A DNA stretch of 64,000 nt from Octopus vulgaris (lineage: Eukaryota). Position 1 is the stretch's first letter. Every line of letters begins with the position of its first letter. The position numbers were made by a program, and so were the translations under genes. Of the stretch, positions 40,654 through 52,721 are shown piece after piece. The stretch is from assembly GCA_951406725.2 (NCBI GenBank), contig OX597838.1:39804001-39868000 (forward strand). The letters run 5' to 3'. The notes under the pieces were generated by a model. The model did not search any database, was not told the DNA's origin, and worked only from the letters and a program-made list of their open reading frames with translations.

Positions 40654-40952
40654 ATCGTAAAAAAGAAGGAGAGAGAGCATTTTGCTCTCATGTGGTTATT
40701 TCCTCCCTGACTGAGGTTCCCGTGGTCTTTTCTGTAGGCTTTTCTTCCCACGGATGAACCTAATCTTGTTTTATCAATGTTTTTTTATCAATGTTTCTGT
40801 GATACACGATTTCTTTTTTTTTTTGCCTCCTCTCGATCCCTTTTGATAGCAATCTTACATTTATTTACCTTTTTTTCCACCCTCGAAAAGAAAAGCTCTA
40901 CATTTGTATTTGTCCCATCTGTATTCAGCCCTGAGTGGCTAATAAAAGAAAG

Positions 40953-40953
<1 letters not shown>

Positions 40954-41047
<94 letters not shown>

Positions 41048-41048
41048 C

Positions 41049-41081
<33 letters not shown>
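40954..41081 (+). repeat. (TATC)n spacer between copies B and C
   Basis: Tetranucleotide repeat with one TACC variant. Confidence 0.97.
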
Positions 41082-41280
41082 GACTGACGTGTTGTCACAT
41101 CGGCTCCGAAGGTAATCGTTTATTCTCACTATTTATAGCCCACATTTTGTGTACATTTTTCTAAATAAGGTGTGTAAAGCACCCAACTTTCGTTTGAGTG
41201 CTTTTCCAAGGGAGGAATTAGCCCCTAGGGGCAGTTTCAACCCTAATTAAATTGTATATTTTTCTTCTCGAAATTAAAAA

Positions 41281-43239
41281 ATGTCGATAAATTTTATTGT
41301 CGAACGCTGGTCAAATTCCTTCATGGACCAGCATTTTCCTAGCCTTGAAACTCCTGCACGCACACACATTCGAATAGAACAGACATGACCAGCAAGACAT
41401 CAAAGACAAATCTGAGTGACGTGGAAGTGAACGCTGCAACCACTTTCGTTAACAGCCCTGTCACCACCACCAACAACAACAACGAGACTACCACTGCTAC
41501 CACCACCACCACCACCACCACCACCAACATAAATGATAAAAATGAAACTGACTCAAATAGCATTAACAACAACAACAAGAAGAATAACAACAACAAAAAT
41601 GAAATAAATATCATATCATCCAATAGTGAAGATATTATTAACATAACAGAAACAACAGTACCTGAAAAAGCCACGTCCAAGAATATTTTGGATACAACAA
41701 CAACAAAAACACACAACGACAACAACTGCCAGAATAGAACAGTGAATTTCGCTGACACCCTGCGTCAGAAAAAGGAAATAATAAAATTTACAAATGAAGA
41801 GTTGATAGAAACGAGAGCACTCTTTACAACCTCAGGGCAGGATTTAGTATTGCATACACCTCAACACGTAAAGGAACAAATAGAAAACAAAACGATTATA
41901 TATAAAATTATTAAAAAAAGCAAAAAACAAAATGAACAGATAACAAAAACGGACATAGAAAAGTGTGCAAAAAACATGAAAACAAAAGAATATATAAACT
42001 GGGATCCCCAGTTTAATACAGTGGTGGTCCGCTTCCCTAACCAGGAAGTGGAAAAAGCTCACTCTACGGAGACTTTACAAAATGATGAAATCATCATGAT
42101 TCCGTATTACAAAGGACAAAGACTGAGCAAAATTAGAATTAAAAATGTCCCAACAGATATACCACCGAAATGGATAACATCGGCGATATGTTACCATTTA
42201 AAAACGATAAATATATTAGAAATCGCCGTGTACAAAAATTACAATTGGGGTGGTAAATCGATAGAAGTTACCATCCAGATTGATGGGTCCTCTATCGAGA
42301 ACCTACCTGATAGAATCCATTTAGAAAATGGGCAAAGCCTATATGTTGTAGCAGAAGGGAAAAAGCCAAGATGCTACAACTGTGGCAGCCCAGAACCCTT
42401 AATTGCAAAGTGCGTTCTAGGACAGAAAAAAACAAGAAAGAACAAATCAGAAAACAAATAAAAAACCCTTGCTACCAACACCAACGCCACACTCAATTAT
42501 GGAACAATGCCAAGAAAAACAACAAACCAGCAAACAAACCCCAACAACATCACCAAGAAAAGAAACAGCACCAACACAATCACAGTTGACGTCGCAACCA
42601 ATTCAACATACTGAACCAACACCAAAATGTAAACCAACACCAGCACCAATGATGACAACTAAAAAAACAGAAAACAGTAACGAGAAAACAAATTCTACCC
42701 CTAACACCACAACACAAACACCGCACAAAACATCAACAATTTCTACAAACATATATATTAACGCAAATGCTTTGCCTTTACCCGCTTCTGATTCGTCGGA
42801 CTCGCCGTCCAACGACAAAAGTTCGACGTAATGGCAAATAGCCACAGGGGGTAAAAGGAAAAGATAAAAAAAGCCCACCAAACAAGTAAGTAAAGCAGGA
42901 AGATATGTAACTCCGGACAGCATCCCCTTAGACATTAAAAAAAAATCAATGAACACCTAGAAACCACACAAATAGACACAGACAATGAAAAACTAATGGA
43001 TTAAATTGCATCCAACACGAACATCTGTGAAGATGACTTTAAGACAATCATCCGCACACCACACCACCGAAACACATAAGAATTGTACACATAAGACAAA
43101 CACAACACCATACACTGAAAACAATATTTCCAAATGCGGTAGGCGGGTTTCAACGATACCTCTCCAAAAAACTATACAAACACCTCCTCAAAGACACTAC
43201 AAAAGAAGAAGAAAAAACTGAAACTTTCGATATGAGTAA
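41281..43239 (+). pseudogene. Tx1 copy C ORF1, frameshifted
   Basis: ORFs 41385-42461 and 42469-42831; knuckle CYNCGSPEPLIAKC with H replaced by P. End approximate. Confidence 0.75.
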
Positions 43240-43309
43240 GTGACCTTCCCTCTTGTCTCTTGTCTCTTCCAATGTAGTGTGTGAAACACAAATTTCTTAA
43301 ACTTCAATT

Positions 43310-46309
43310 ATGCCTAAATTAGGTTGTGTGAATGCACGTGGCTTGGCTTCGGCTTGGAAGCAAGGTTACCTTCTAAACGACATCAAGTCACTGAACGTGG
43401 ATATAGTAGCTATCAGTGAAACCAGACTCAGCAAGCCGCGGGCCCTCGCGTCCATGTTTGGCGATCAATTCGACATTTATTTTTCTCCCTGTCTGCCGAA
43501 CATGGGTGGTGGAGGTACTGCGGTGCTTTTTCGAAAGAGTCTAAATGTAAAAGTAAGAACAATATTCCTAGACCCGGAGGGTAGGCTGGTTGTCTTGGAC
43601 GTGGATGGCAGAAATGGGTGTGCATTCCGTCTGATGGCAGTTTATGCACCGTACGTAACGGGTCGGGCGGATTTCTTCAGACGTCTAGAGGTTTTCCTGG
43701 GTACGTCTAGACCTTTACTGTTAGTAGGGGATTGGAACGCTACCTTGGAAATGCATCTAGACTATGTGGGAATGGATAGGAATAAAAGGGGGTGTAAGTG
43801 CCTCAAAGACCTACTCAGACGTTTCCATTTGTCTGACAGGTTCCGACTCGACCATCCGAACGTGCCAACGTGGACTTGGACAAACAGCGTCGGATCGTCG
43901 AGATCTTATCTAGATAGAATTCTATGCAGGACAGCGGATAGGGATAGTGTAGAATGTCCACAATTTAAAATAATCAGCTACACAGATCACAAATTTGTGA
44001 CGTGTACGCTCGACTTAGATAAGACATATAGACAGGGTCCCGGTTACTGGAAAATGAACACGTCGCTCTTAGCGCGACAGGTTTACAGGAACCGGATTAG
44101 CGAGTTAATTAAGAGGGCGTTGGAGTGAGCCGTCGTTAACAACCGCTGGTGGTACGCCCTGAAAATGGCAATAAAATCGGAATCAATTAGGTTTAGCAAG
44201 GAATTAGCGATAGATCGAAATAGAGTAGAGGGAGACCTGGTTAAGAAACTAGAAGAGGCACTTGCCACTGGCAGCACAACCAACGTGCTGGCTGCGAGGA
44301 TGGCCCTCGACCAACACCTCAACGCCAAGCACGAAGGTTGCGTCGTCAGAGCTAAAATGCGTGCCTTAAGGAACGAAGGGATCGAAGCTGCGCGAGAGGC
44401 CCGGGTAGTGGAGGCGCAACGTGCCCACAGAGCCACCATTCGGTCTCTAATAGATCAACAGGGATGCAGTTTACTCGAACCCGAAAGGATGTGTGAGGCC
44501 TTTCAACAGCACTTTGCTCGACTGCTTGGTGCGAGTGGTGGGTCGGAACGCGGGATGGATTTCAGTGCCTACCTGATCGACCTGCCGCGGCTCTCGGCAA
44601 GAGAAGCGGAGTGTTGTGAAAGTCCCATCACAGCCGCTGACGTGCGGGATGCGATGACGGGCTGCGCGAGGGATAAGTCGCCTGGATTGGATGGTTTACC
44701 CTATGAGCTGTATTGTCAAATGCCAAACTTGTTTGGCGACCTCTTGGCATCAGTCTACTGCAACTGGCAACAAAACGGGAGAAACCCCGGTTTCGTGAGC
44801 CGATGTGCAGTGACGTTGCTGAAGGAAGACCCAAACAATGGGAATTTTATAGATAATCTCAGGCCCATCACTCTGCTCAACGCAGATTTGTCGGCATATG
44901 CGGACGATGTCACCGTCATAGTGTCGAACGAAAAACACATCCAGATGATAGGCGAGACACTAAGAAAATACGAAACGGTGACGGGAGCGAAGATTAACCC
45001 GGAAAAGTCAGTGGGTTTGCTACTCGGCATCTGGAGAAGCAAGCCCATGCCGTCCGACTGCGGCTCATTAGTGGGACACTGGACGGACGGACCGGTTAAA
45101 TTGCTCAGGCTCTGGTTCAGCACGAACCTCCAAATGGATAAGAACTGGAACGAGATCATGAGTAGAGTGGTCGCTCTCAGCCAAACATGGGCCGAGAGAA
45201 AGCTGTCTCTAAAAGGTCGGGCAGAGGTGGCGAACGCGTACATCGCATCCGTCATCGATTACCGCCTGACCGTCGTGCCTTGTCCCGACGCCACCATCAC
45301 CAAACAGAAACGCATACTCTTCCGCTTCCTGTGGAAGGGTGGCGTTCCGATGGTGAGGAAGTCCATTTGCTGTCAACATCCGTTAAATGGAAGACTGGGC
45401 ATGCCGTGGTTGATGATGCGCAGGCATGCGCTGAGACTGCGACATCTCTGGAACTTCATCGACGACGGTAAACAGGTGTGGGCGCCGTTTGTGAGGCGCG
45501 CCTTCCCGCAGCTCGTCTCACTGACCGAACTGCAAACGTGGATCAAGAAGAGACCGAAACTGGGCGATTGGCACCGAGAGTGTCGCCAAGCTCTACAGCA
45601 GCTCTGCCGACCGGGGTCAAACTTGTGCAACTTACAAACTACTAAAGCGTTCAATAGAGGACTAGTGGAGGGGAGGTCCGACGACACACTCGGGGCAAAC
45701 TTGGGCGTCGACGAGAAATTCCTAACCTGCCTGTTCAGGACGTCGTTCGGGCCGAGGCCTATGGATATCTTCCAGAAATCCCTGGCTTGGCAGTGCTATC
45801 GAGACGCACTACATGTTCGATAGAAGAGCTACAGGCACGGTTCGAAAACCATCACCGGACCGACCTTCCCGAGATGCGGTCAGAGCGACGAAACCGTTCT
45901 GCACGCAGTCGTGCAGTGTCCAGATATTTCAGAGCTGTGGACCTTCGTCGAACAGCTGTTGTCGCGTGCAGGACGGGCCCGCTTATCGGCCGAGTCTATC
46001 GTGAATATTGCTCCACCACATTATTTTAAACGGGAAGGGAAAACGGTTTACGTTACGCTGATGGCTATGGCGAACGAATGCCTGTGGTGGACGCGTTTGA
46101 AAGGACTGCAAACAAACACCTTCCTCTCTGGTCAGTCTCTCGTCAACTTTTTCAAGTACCACTTGAAAAGGAGGATGAGAATAGAGAGGAAGGCTTTGTC
46201 GAACGAATGTTTTAATAAAAAGTGGGTAAAAGTGGCAAAAATGGTCAGTATGAAAGACGACACTATTTTAAGCGTTTGTAACCAAAAGAGACAACGAGAG
46301 GTAATGTGA
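43310..46309 (+). pseudogene. Tx1 copy C ORF2 with in-frame RT deletion and frameshifts
   Basis: MPKLGCVNARGL APE start, GDWN, YTDH, PGLDGL, YADD; ORF pieces 43310, 44165, 45911. Confidence 0.88.
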
Positions 46310-46572
46310 CTTACTCATGTGTTCTATTCCGAACTGTCTGAGGTGACCTTGGTCTTTTTAGTAGGTTTTTCTTTCCAAGGCTACACCTAAACTGTGAACT
46401 TTATATATATATATTGCTTTTTTATACACCACACAACCCACAGATCCCTATTGATTGAACGTTTTTTTTTTCTTTGTATGTCCCACCCATCCCACGTCGA
46501 AAAGAAAAAACTCTGCGTTGTATTTCGTCCATTTTTATTCTGTGTTTAGCCCTGTGTGGCTACAATAAAAAG

Positions 46573-46573
<1 letters not shown>

Positions 46574-46643
<70 letters not shown>

Positions 46644-46644
46644 C

Positions 46645-46718
<74 letters not shown>

Positions 46719-46826
46719 GTCTGTGTATCTGTCTGTCTCTCTGTCTGTCTGTCTATCTGTTTGTCTGTCATTCTGTCTATAAATATATCTGTCTATCAAT
46801 CAATCAATCAATCTATCTATCTATCT
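46574..46826 (+). repeat. (TATC)n array decaying to TGTC/AATC, right of copy C
   Basis: Tetranucleotide repeat, degenerate distally. Confidence 0.95.
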
Positions 46827-47049
46827 GTGTGTGTATAAATGTGAGTCTGGAAGGATATACTATCCGGGCGGATACCGTATTAGCCCTTAGTTAAGTTCCA
46901 GTTAACGGCTAACCACGTCGGTCAGTATCTAATGTCTGTGACATTAGATACTGTTGTTAGCCGGTCCGTGAATTCTTCCGATGTGCAATTCCGCATACTC
47001 TTCGCTGGACGGTAAACATATTTTGGAGTATATATTAATACTAATATAT

Positions 47050-47345
47050 AGGCGCAGTGTCCTAGTGGTTAGGGCAGCGGACTTGCGGTCGTAGGAACGC
47101 GGTTTCGATTCACAGACTGGGCGTTGTGTGTGTTTATTGAGCGAAAACACCTAAAAAGCTCCACGAAGCTCCGGCAGGGGGTGGTGATCCCTGCTGTACT
47201 CCTTCACCACTCTTTCTCTCACTCTTTCTTCTGTTGGCCTGCTCGCTTAGCCAGCAGGGTGGTGTCATTCGAAGGCTAAAACAATGCGAACGCATTGTGA
47301 CCAGCGATGTGTAACAACATCTGATGGTCTGGTCGGTCACGTGAT
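47050..47345 (+). mobile_element. SINE family 3 (tRNA-like head)
   Basis: ggcgcagtgtcctagtggttagg...ggtttcgattc; tail aacaacatctgatggtctggtcggtcacgtgat shared with 31195-31452. Confidence 0.7.
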
Positions 47346-47399
47346 CACGTGATATTAATACTAACAATAATAAAGTGTATGGAGACTTGTACATACACA

Positions 47400-48300
47400 G
47401 AATTCAATTTGTAGTTATATACTGCATATCATAATGATCTACACGTGTTTCCGCTGCAGACACTACTCATTGTTGCAATATTGTCGGTGCAGCTTCATCA
47501 ACGTTTGTCCTTTTGGTATCTTCGAAGTAAACTGACTGATGTAAATTTTTGTTAGATAGCGCTCTGTGGAAGATGGGGTCTTGTTATTTATAGGTATGTG
47601 CTGTTGAACTCATCTTCACCCCAGTCTCTGTCCGAAGTTAGGGCTTTGTCTAAAATAGGCCCACATTGAGATTATTATTTTTGTTCGTTTTAATTGTTGT
47701 GTGTGTTGCTTTTGTTTTCGAGCGTAGTGCTTGTATTTGAAGCGTTCATATTTGTTTATATAAATTTTTAGTTGGGCTGTTCATGATTTGTGTTATAAAT
47801 TGTGTAGGGTTCTTTTTTATTCATGCTGGTTATTAAATATTTTAATGTTTTTACGTTCAGTGTATGTTATTCTATTTGTTTTATCAAGCTCAATTGTTGC
47901 TGCGGCATTGGCTCTCTTGAATTATCCGCATATCTCTTAAAGGTCCTACCGTGTTTGTGCAAACATCATATCTCATATTAATTAATGTGCGTTTGATAAA
48001 AATATTTGGTAAAGTTCTGCGCATAGATTGCATATATTTCCCCTTACTTGATAAGGCTTAGCAGGATTAATTAGTTGCCAGTCGATAGAATAGCTATTGT
48101 TTTCGTCTCTAATTGATAAAATTAGTTTACTTAGGCTTGTATTATTTAATATTTACTATTTGTCAAAGAATTTAAATGATTGGGCAGTCTCTTTTTGAGA
48201 GAAAGAGAGCCGGCTTCTATGTAAACGTATTATCTTCCCTCTGTGGTAACTTTGCATCTATAAGCCAGGTTCTTAGTTTTACATCTTGAGTCCAACCTGC
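47400..48300 (-). mobile_element. Second Penelope-like remnant (GIY-YIG region and terminal hammerhead-like motif)
   Basis: Minus-strand pieces AYRCKVTT..YI..SLKKRLPNH and YSIDWQLINPAKPYQVRGNICNLC; hammerhead-like motif at 47440-47501. Confidence 0.7.
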
Positions 48301-48599
48301 TTTATCTTTAGCACTGTATGAGTGTTTTTGTGTGTGTATGTGTGTGTATGGGTTTGCTTGCTATATTGTTTGCATGCATATCCTGTATATAGTTTTCTGC
48401 TTACTTATATATCTCTGTTTCTTATATTTCATCATAAATATGTGTTTGTTTGTCTTTTGTATGTGTATTTCACTGTTCATACCTGTCTTTTTTTCTTCCC
48501 GTCTGTCTTTAGTCGTTGTGTTGCGTGGTGTGGTGATGGGGGTGTTATTGTTCCATTCGTGTTTTCTGTTGAGGATTGGTCTGTCTATTAGCATGTGAG

Positions 48600-49660
48600 T
48601 GTCTTCTGTAATCTAAGTGTTGTGTCTGTTCTATGCGCCGATAATACCTTAACCTCTGTGTTATTAACCGATCCTCTATGTTCTACTTGAATACGTTGGT
48701 AGAGCACTGGCGAGCCTTTCTCCTCCTTGAACTTCCGTCAGTGTTTCGTCTATTCTCTCCCTTATGCTACGCGCCGTCTCCCCGATGTAAGTTGTCTTGT
48801 TTCTGCACCGTCCCTCAGTACACCATAAGCTATAATCTACATTTCTAATCTTACAACTAACCTGTTGGTTCATCCTAAATAATATACAATTGTTCTCCGC
48901 ACATGGGGACCGATCGAAGGGATAAGTTCAGGGATTTTATGGGGGTTCTTGGCCTTTCTACTACTTTAATCCGCAGATTTAACTTATTTAATTCTTTTCT
49001 GAAAAGGTATGTTAGTTCGCCACCAGGAGCAGTCTGAACAAACATTACACTCCGGTATTTTTGTTGTTATGAGGTGGTGCGAGCTGGCAGAAACGTTAGC
49101 ACGCCGGGCGAAATGCGTAACCGTATTTCGTCTGTCGTTACGTTGTGAGTTCAAATTCCGCCGAGGTCGACTTTGCCTTTCATCCTTTCGGGGTCGATAA
49201 ATTAAGTACCAGTTACGCACTGGGATCGATGTAATCGACTTAATACCTATGTCTGTCCTTGTTTGTCTCCTCTGTGTTTAGCCCCTTGTGGGTAATAAAG
49301 AAATAGGTATTTTTGTTGTTATACCATGAGTTGGCGTTATCTATTTTTTCTTGGTCCTTTCCGTGGTGTTCCAGGATTTACTCCAATATAGCGAGCAGAA
49401 ACTATTTACATCACTCTCTATGATGACCTTGTATTCCGGCTCCCTTGTACACTCTAAATTTGTCCCTTCAGTTGTAAATAGAGAATTGCCTGCGGTGGAT
49501 GAGGTGTTGTATGTCTTTTTCCAATTTCATTGGGTCGCATATGTGGGTCACATTCCTCATCACTGTCACTAAGACCGCTATTAGGATATTGAACTTTGCG
49601 TTGTCTGCAATAGCTGCGTTCTTGTGGATCTGGTATTTGGAGGCAATGGATTTGGCATAA
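48600..49660 (-). mobile_element. Penelope-like element remnant (RT C-terminal part plus GIY-YIG)
   Basis: NVDYSLWC..C..TTYIGETARSIRER at 48740-48845; YYAKSIASKYQIHKNAA resembles the RT thumb; interrupted by a SINE at 49071. Confidence 0.75.
49071..49305 (+). mobile_element. SINE family 2 monomer with 17-bp TSD
   Basis: TSD ggtatttttgttgttat at 49054-49070 and 49306-49322. Confidence 0.92.
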
Positions 49661-50231
49661 TATCTGTGTGTGCGTTTGTGTGTGTGCATGTGTATGTATG
49701 TGTGTGTGTGTATGTGTATGTACAGGCGTTTTTATTGATTCCTTATTAAAATCAATATTTTTCATCCGACTTCGTTCAGGCTGGAAATATAAATCCCTTG
49801 TGCTCCAGAGATGGTCATAGACTCTTCAAACTTTTCACATAATGAGTAATATTATAATAAAAGGAAAGCTAGAGTGTTCCCGTATCACTTCCGGCAATTT
49901 TGAAGTGCAAATATAAAGTACACACACACACACACACACACAAACACACGTGCCTTTTTTTGTTACCACTTTTACCCCTCCGCAAATAACCTCAAATTTT
50001 ATTAATTTGTTTTGCGGGAAGGACCGTTTCACCGGAGTCGTGTCTCTCCTTTACCTTCGAAACATTTAAAAAATGTCCGTTTCCATGGTTCTGTTTTTAT
50101 GTTATCGTTTCTCATTGTGTTCGACGTTTTTTGGTGTCCTGTACCTATATATGCATGTATATATACATATAGATGTAGGTACGTACATATATTTATGTAT
50201 ATATGCATATGTTTTATTTACTATTTTGTTA

Positions 50232-50271
<40 letters not shown>

Positions 50272-50399
50272 AGTATACCTCACTCTAAGTTGTTAATTGG
50301 TTCCAGAAGAGACGACTTAAGTCGAATCGCTTGCCTATAGGCTGAGCTAGGCTAAACTGCTAATAGTCATTCTCCGGTGCTGTACTTTATCTATGAATG

Positions 50400-50735
50400 C
50401 TTAATAAAAATAATAGCTCGCTTCAAATATTAAATCTGTATTGTAATTATGAAGAAGATTAGGAAAGATGTGTGTGTATGTGTTCTTTTTGTGCGGGAAT
50501 GAGAGAAAGAAAGTCATGGAGTTGGCATCTCGTCTTAGTTTCACTTTGCAGGACAAGCAAGAAGGCAGAAGTAGGATGGCGGAGAGACAGACATGCAGGC
50601 AGACAGAGAATATAGAGGGGGAGAGATAACAGAGGGGACATAAAAAGAAAATCATAGAGAGATGGTGCCTGGTTTTAGTTTCACTTTTTGTGACAAACAG
50701 ACAGACAGAATATCACTCTCTCTTTTATATATATC
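50400..50735 (-). mobile_element. Possible non-autonomous Helitron-like element
   Basis: Minus strand begins ATATATAAAAGAGAGAGTG followed by TCTG repeats, with internal direct repeats (tagtttcacttt). Confidence 0.35.
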
Positions 50736-50954
50736 TATATCTATATATATATATTTATATTTACATAGTAATATGTAAGGATCGAAGTGTAATCTGCAAG
50801 AGGTATAAAAAGAACCTTCAGGTACAGTAGTTGTTTTTTCAAGACTTATACACGCTCTGATACCGTATGTATCTACAGATCAAATTTGAGTGTAATCGGA
50901 TGGAGGATGTCCTAAATCCTAGAAGATATACACACAGACAGACAGAACGGATTT

Positions 50955-51039
<85 letters not shown>

Positions 51040-51058
51040 GAGATAGATAGATAGATAT

Positions 51059-51716
51059 ATTGTTGTATTTAGGATTGGTCATTTTGCCAGTTTAGCCAAT
51101 AAAACACACGCTCTATATATTTGGTGTTACTTTGCCTCAGCGTTATTTATTTTTTACATTAATCTTAATATTATTTCGGCCAGAGTTCTTTCGTCATACT
51201 CCTGTGACCACATCAGTGGTCCTTTGCTTTCTTCTTTCTTATTTGTGTGTCTCTCCTTACTAACCTGCAGCCATTTTGTATTTCTATTGTATGTGTCTTC
51301 ATTTGCGCATGCGTATATCTCTATGTGTGTCTATGTGTAGTTAGTGTGTGTGTGTAGGGGGGGGAGAATACCTGTAATATAAACAGGAGATATAAATATT
51401 ACAGACATTCCTCCCACACACACTAACTAAACATAGACGCACATAGAGATATACGCATGCGCAAATGAAGACACACACAATAGAAATACAAAATGGCTGA
51501 CGGTTAGTAAGGGGAGACAAACAAATAAGAAAGAAGAAAGCAAAGGACCACTGATGCGGTCACAGGAGTGTGACGAAAGAATTGTGGCCGAAATAATATT
51601 AAGATTAATGTAAAAAATAAATAACGCTGAAGCAAAGTAACACCAAATATATAGTGCGTGTGTTTTTTTTATTGACTAAACTGGCAAAATGACCATTCCT
51701 AAATACAACAATATCT
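51059..51716. mobile_element. Long inverted repeat (about 310-bp arms), probable inverted Penelope-type termini with a hammerhead-like motif in each arm
   Basis: Left arm is the reverse complement of the right arm; motifs at 51178-51222 (-) and 51545-51589 (+): GGACCA-CTGATG-YG-GTCAC..RTGAC-GAAA. Confidence 0.7.
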
Positions 51717-51767
51717 GTTTCAACACACGATATCACAGCAAAAATCTTGGAAAAAATGTATATAAAC

Positions 51768-51815
<48 letters not shown>

Positions 51816-51880
51816 TATATATACGGTAATAGCAAACACTGAGAATGAGCGCACGACACTGCGTTGCATTTGATATATAT

Positions 51881-52449
51881 ATTGGGTTGTCCGGAAAGTT
51901 CATGCCGATTTATAGTAGCTTACCTTTCGACTTATTTTAAAACATGGTTGAGTCCATAAAATAGGATTTGACTATACCTCCATTTAGAGCATAGTTTAAG
52001 CTATCTTTTTGTGGAAGAAAGTTTATGTTCCTATAACCTGTGTTAATTCTGTAACCCTTTAAAATGGAAGATAAGAAAGTCCCTTTTCGGCATTTGATGC
52101 TTTGGGAACTAGACAAAAATTGTTGCAGCTCGGCTGGGATGTGTTACCCCACCCTCCATATTCACCAGATATTGCTCCTTCGGATTTCCACTTATTCAGG
52201 TCTCTACAGGATAGTCTTAATGGTAAAAATTTCAATTCTTTGGTTGACGTAAAAAGATACCTTGATGAATTCTTTGCCATGAAACCACCTTAATTTTGGG
52301 AAGAGGGTATTTTCAAGTAAAAGGAAAGATGGAGACGCATTGTACAACAAAATGATTTATATTTGGTTGATTAAAAATGTAATGGCAAGTATTTATTGAC
52401 CTTTTTCTTTCCTTTAAATATCGGCACGAACTTTCCGAACAAGCCAATA
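51881..52449 (+). mobile_element. Internally deleted mariner element
   Basis: TIRs attgggttgtccggaaagttcatgccgat / atcggcacgaactttccgaacaagccaat in TA context; MEDKKVPFRHLML joined to LPHPPYSPDIAPSDFHLF. Confidence 0.88.
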
Positions 52450-52625
52450 TATATATATTATTTCGCACTTATTCAAACGTTCTACACAAAGATATTGGTA
52501 ATCATCCTCTTTGTTGGATAAGACTAGTGGTAGACTAACTGCTGTACTGGAAGCTGATTGGATAATGATAATCTACGTGGAGAGCTTTAACTCTTAAAAA
52601 TGTAGATCTAAACTGTACATACAAG

Positions 52626-52721
<96 letters not shown>

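Larger units (their letters stand above)
34780..40953 (+). mobile_element. Tx1-clade non-LTR retrotransposon copy B, full length, degenerate
   Basis: 5' UTR, ORF1 with CYICGSEQHLKKDC knuckle, ORF2 with APE (NVRGL, SET, YTDH), RT (PGLDGL, RPITLLNAD, DQSKAFDRVDH, VRQGCPLS, YADD) and CCHC; (TATC)n on both sides. Confidence 0.93.
41082..46573 (+). mobile_element. Tx1-clade non-LTR retrotransposon copy C, complete ends, RT core deleted
   Basis: Same architecture as copy B; ORF2 reads ITLLNADL-SAYADD, so the central RT motifs are missing; (TATC)n on both sides. Confidence 0.92.

Noticed and set aside
33336-46573. Array as a tandem segmental duplication or assembly duplicate
   Set aside because: Copies are strongly diverged with different truncations, deletions and frameshifts.
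50012-50330. Hammerhead-like fragments (GAAGG..CCTTC-GAAACATTT..AAATGTC; CAGAAGA..GAAT), also near 53380 and 54337
   Set aside because: Core nucleotides are missing or too degenerate to call.
51000-51058. (GATA)n as a further Tx1 insertion
   Set aside because: No Tx1 sequence adjoins it; at most an unoccupied target.
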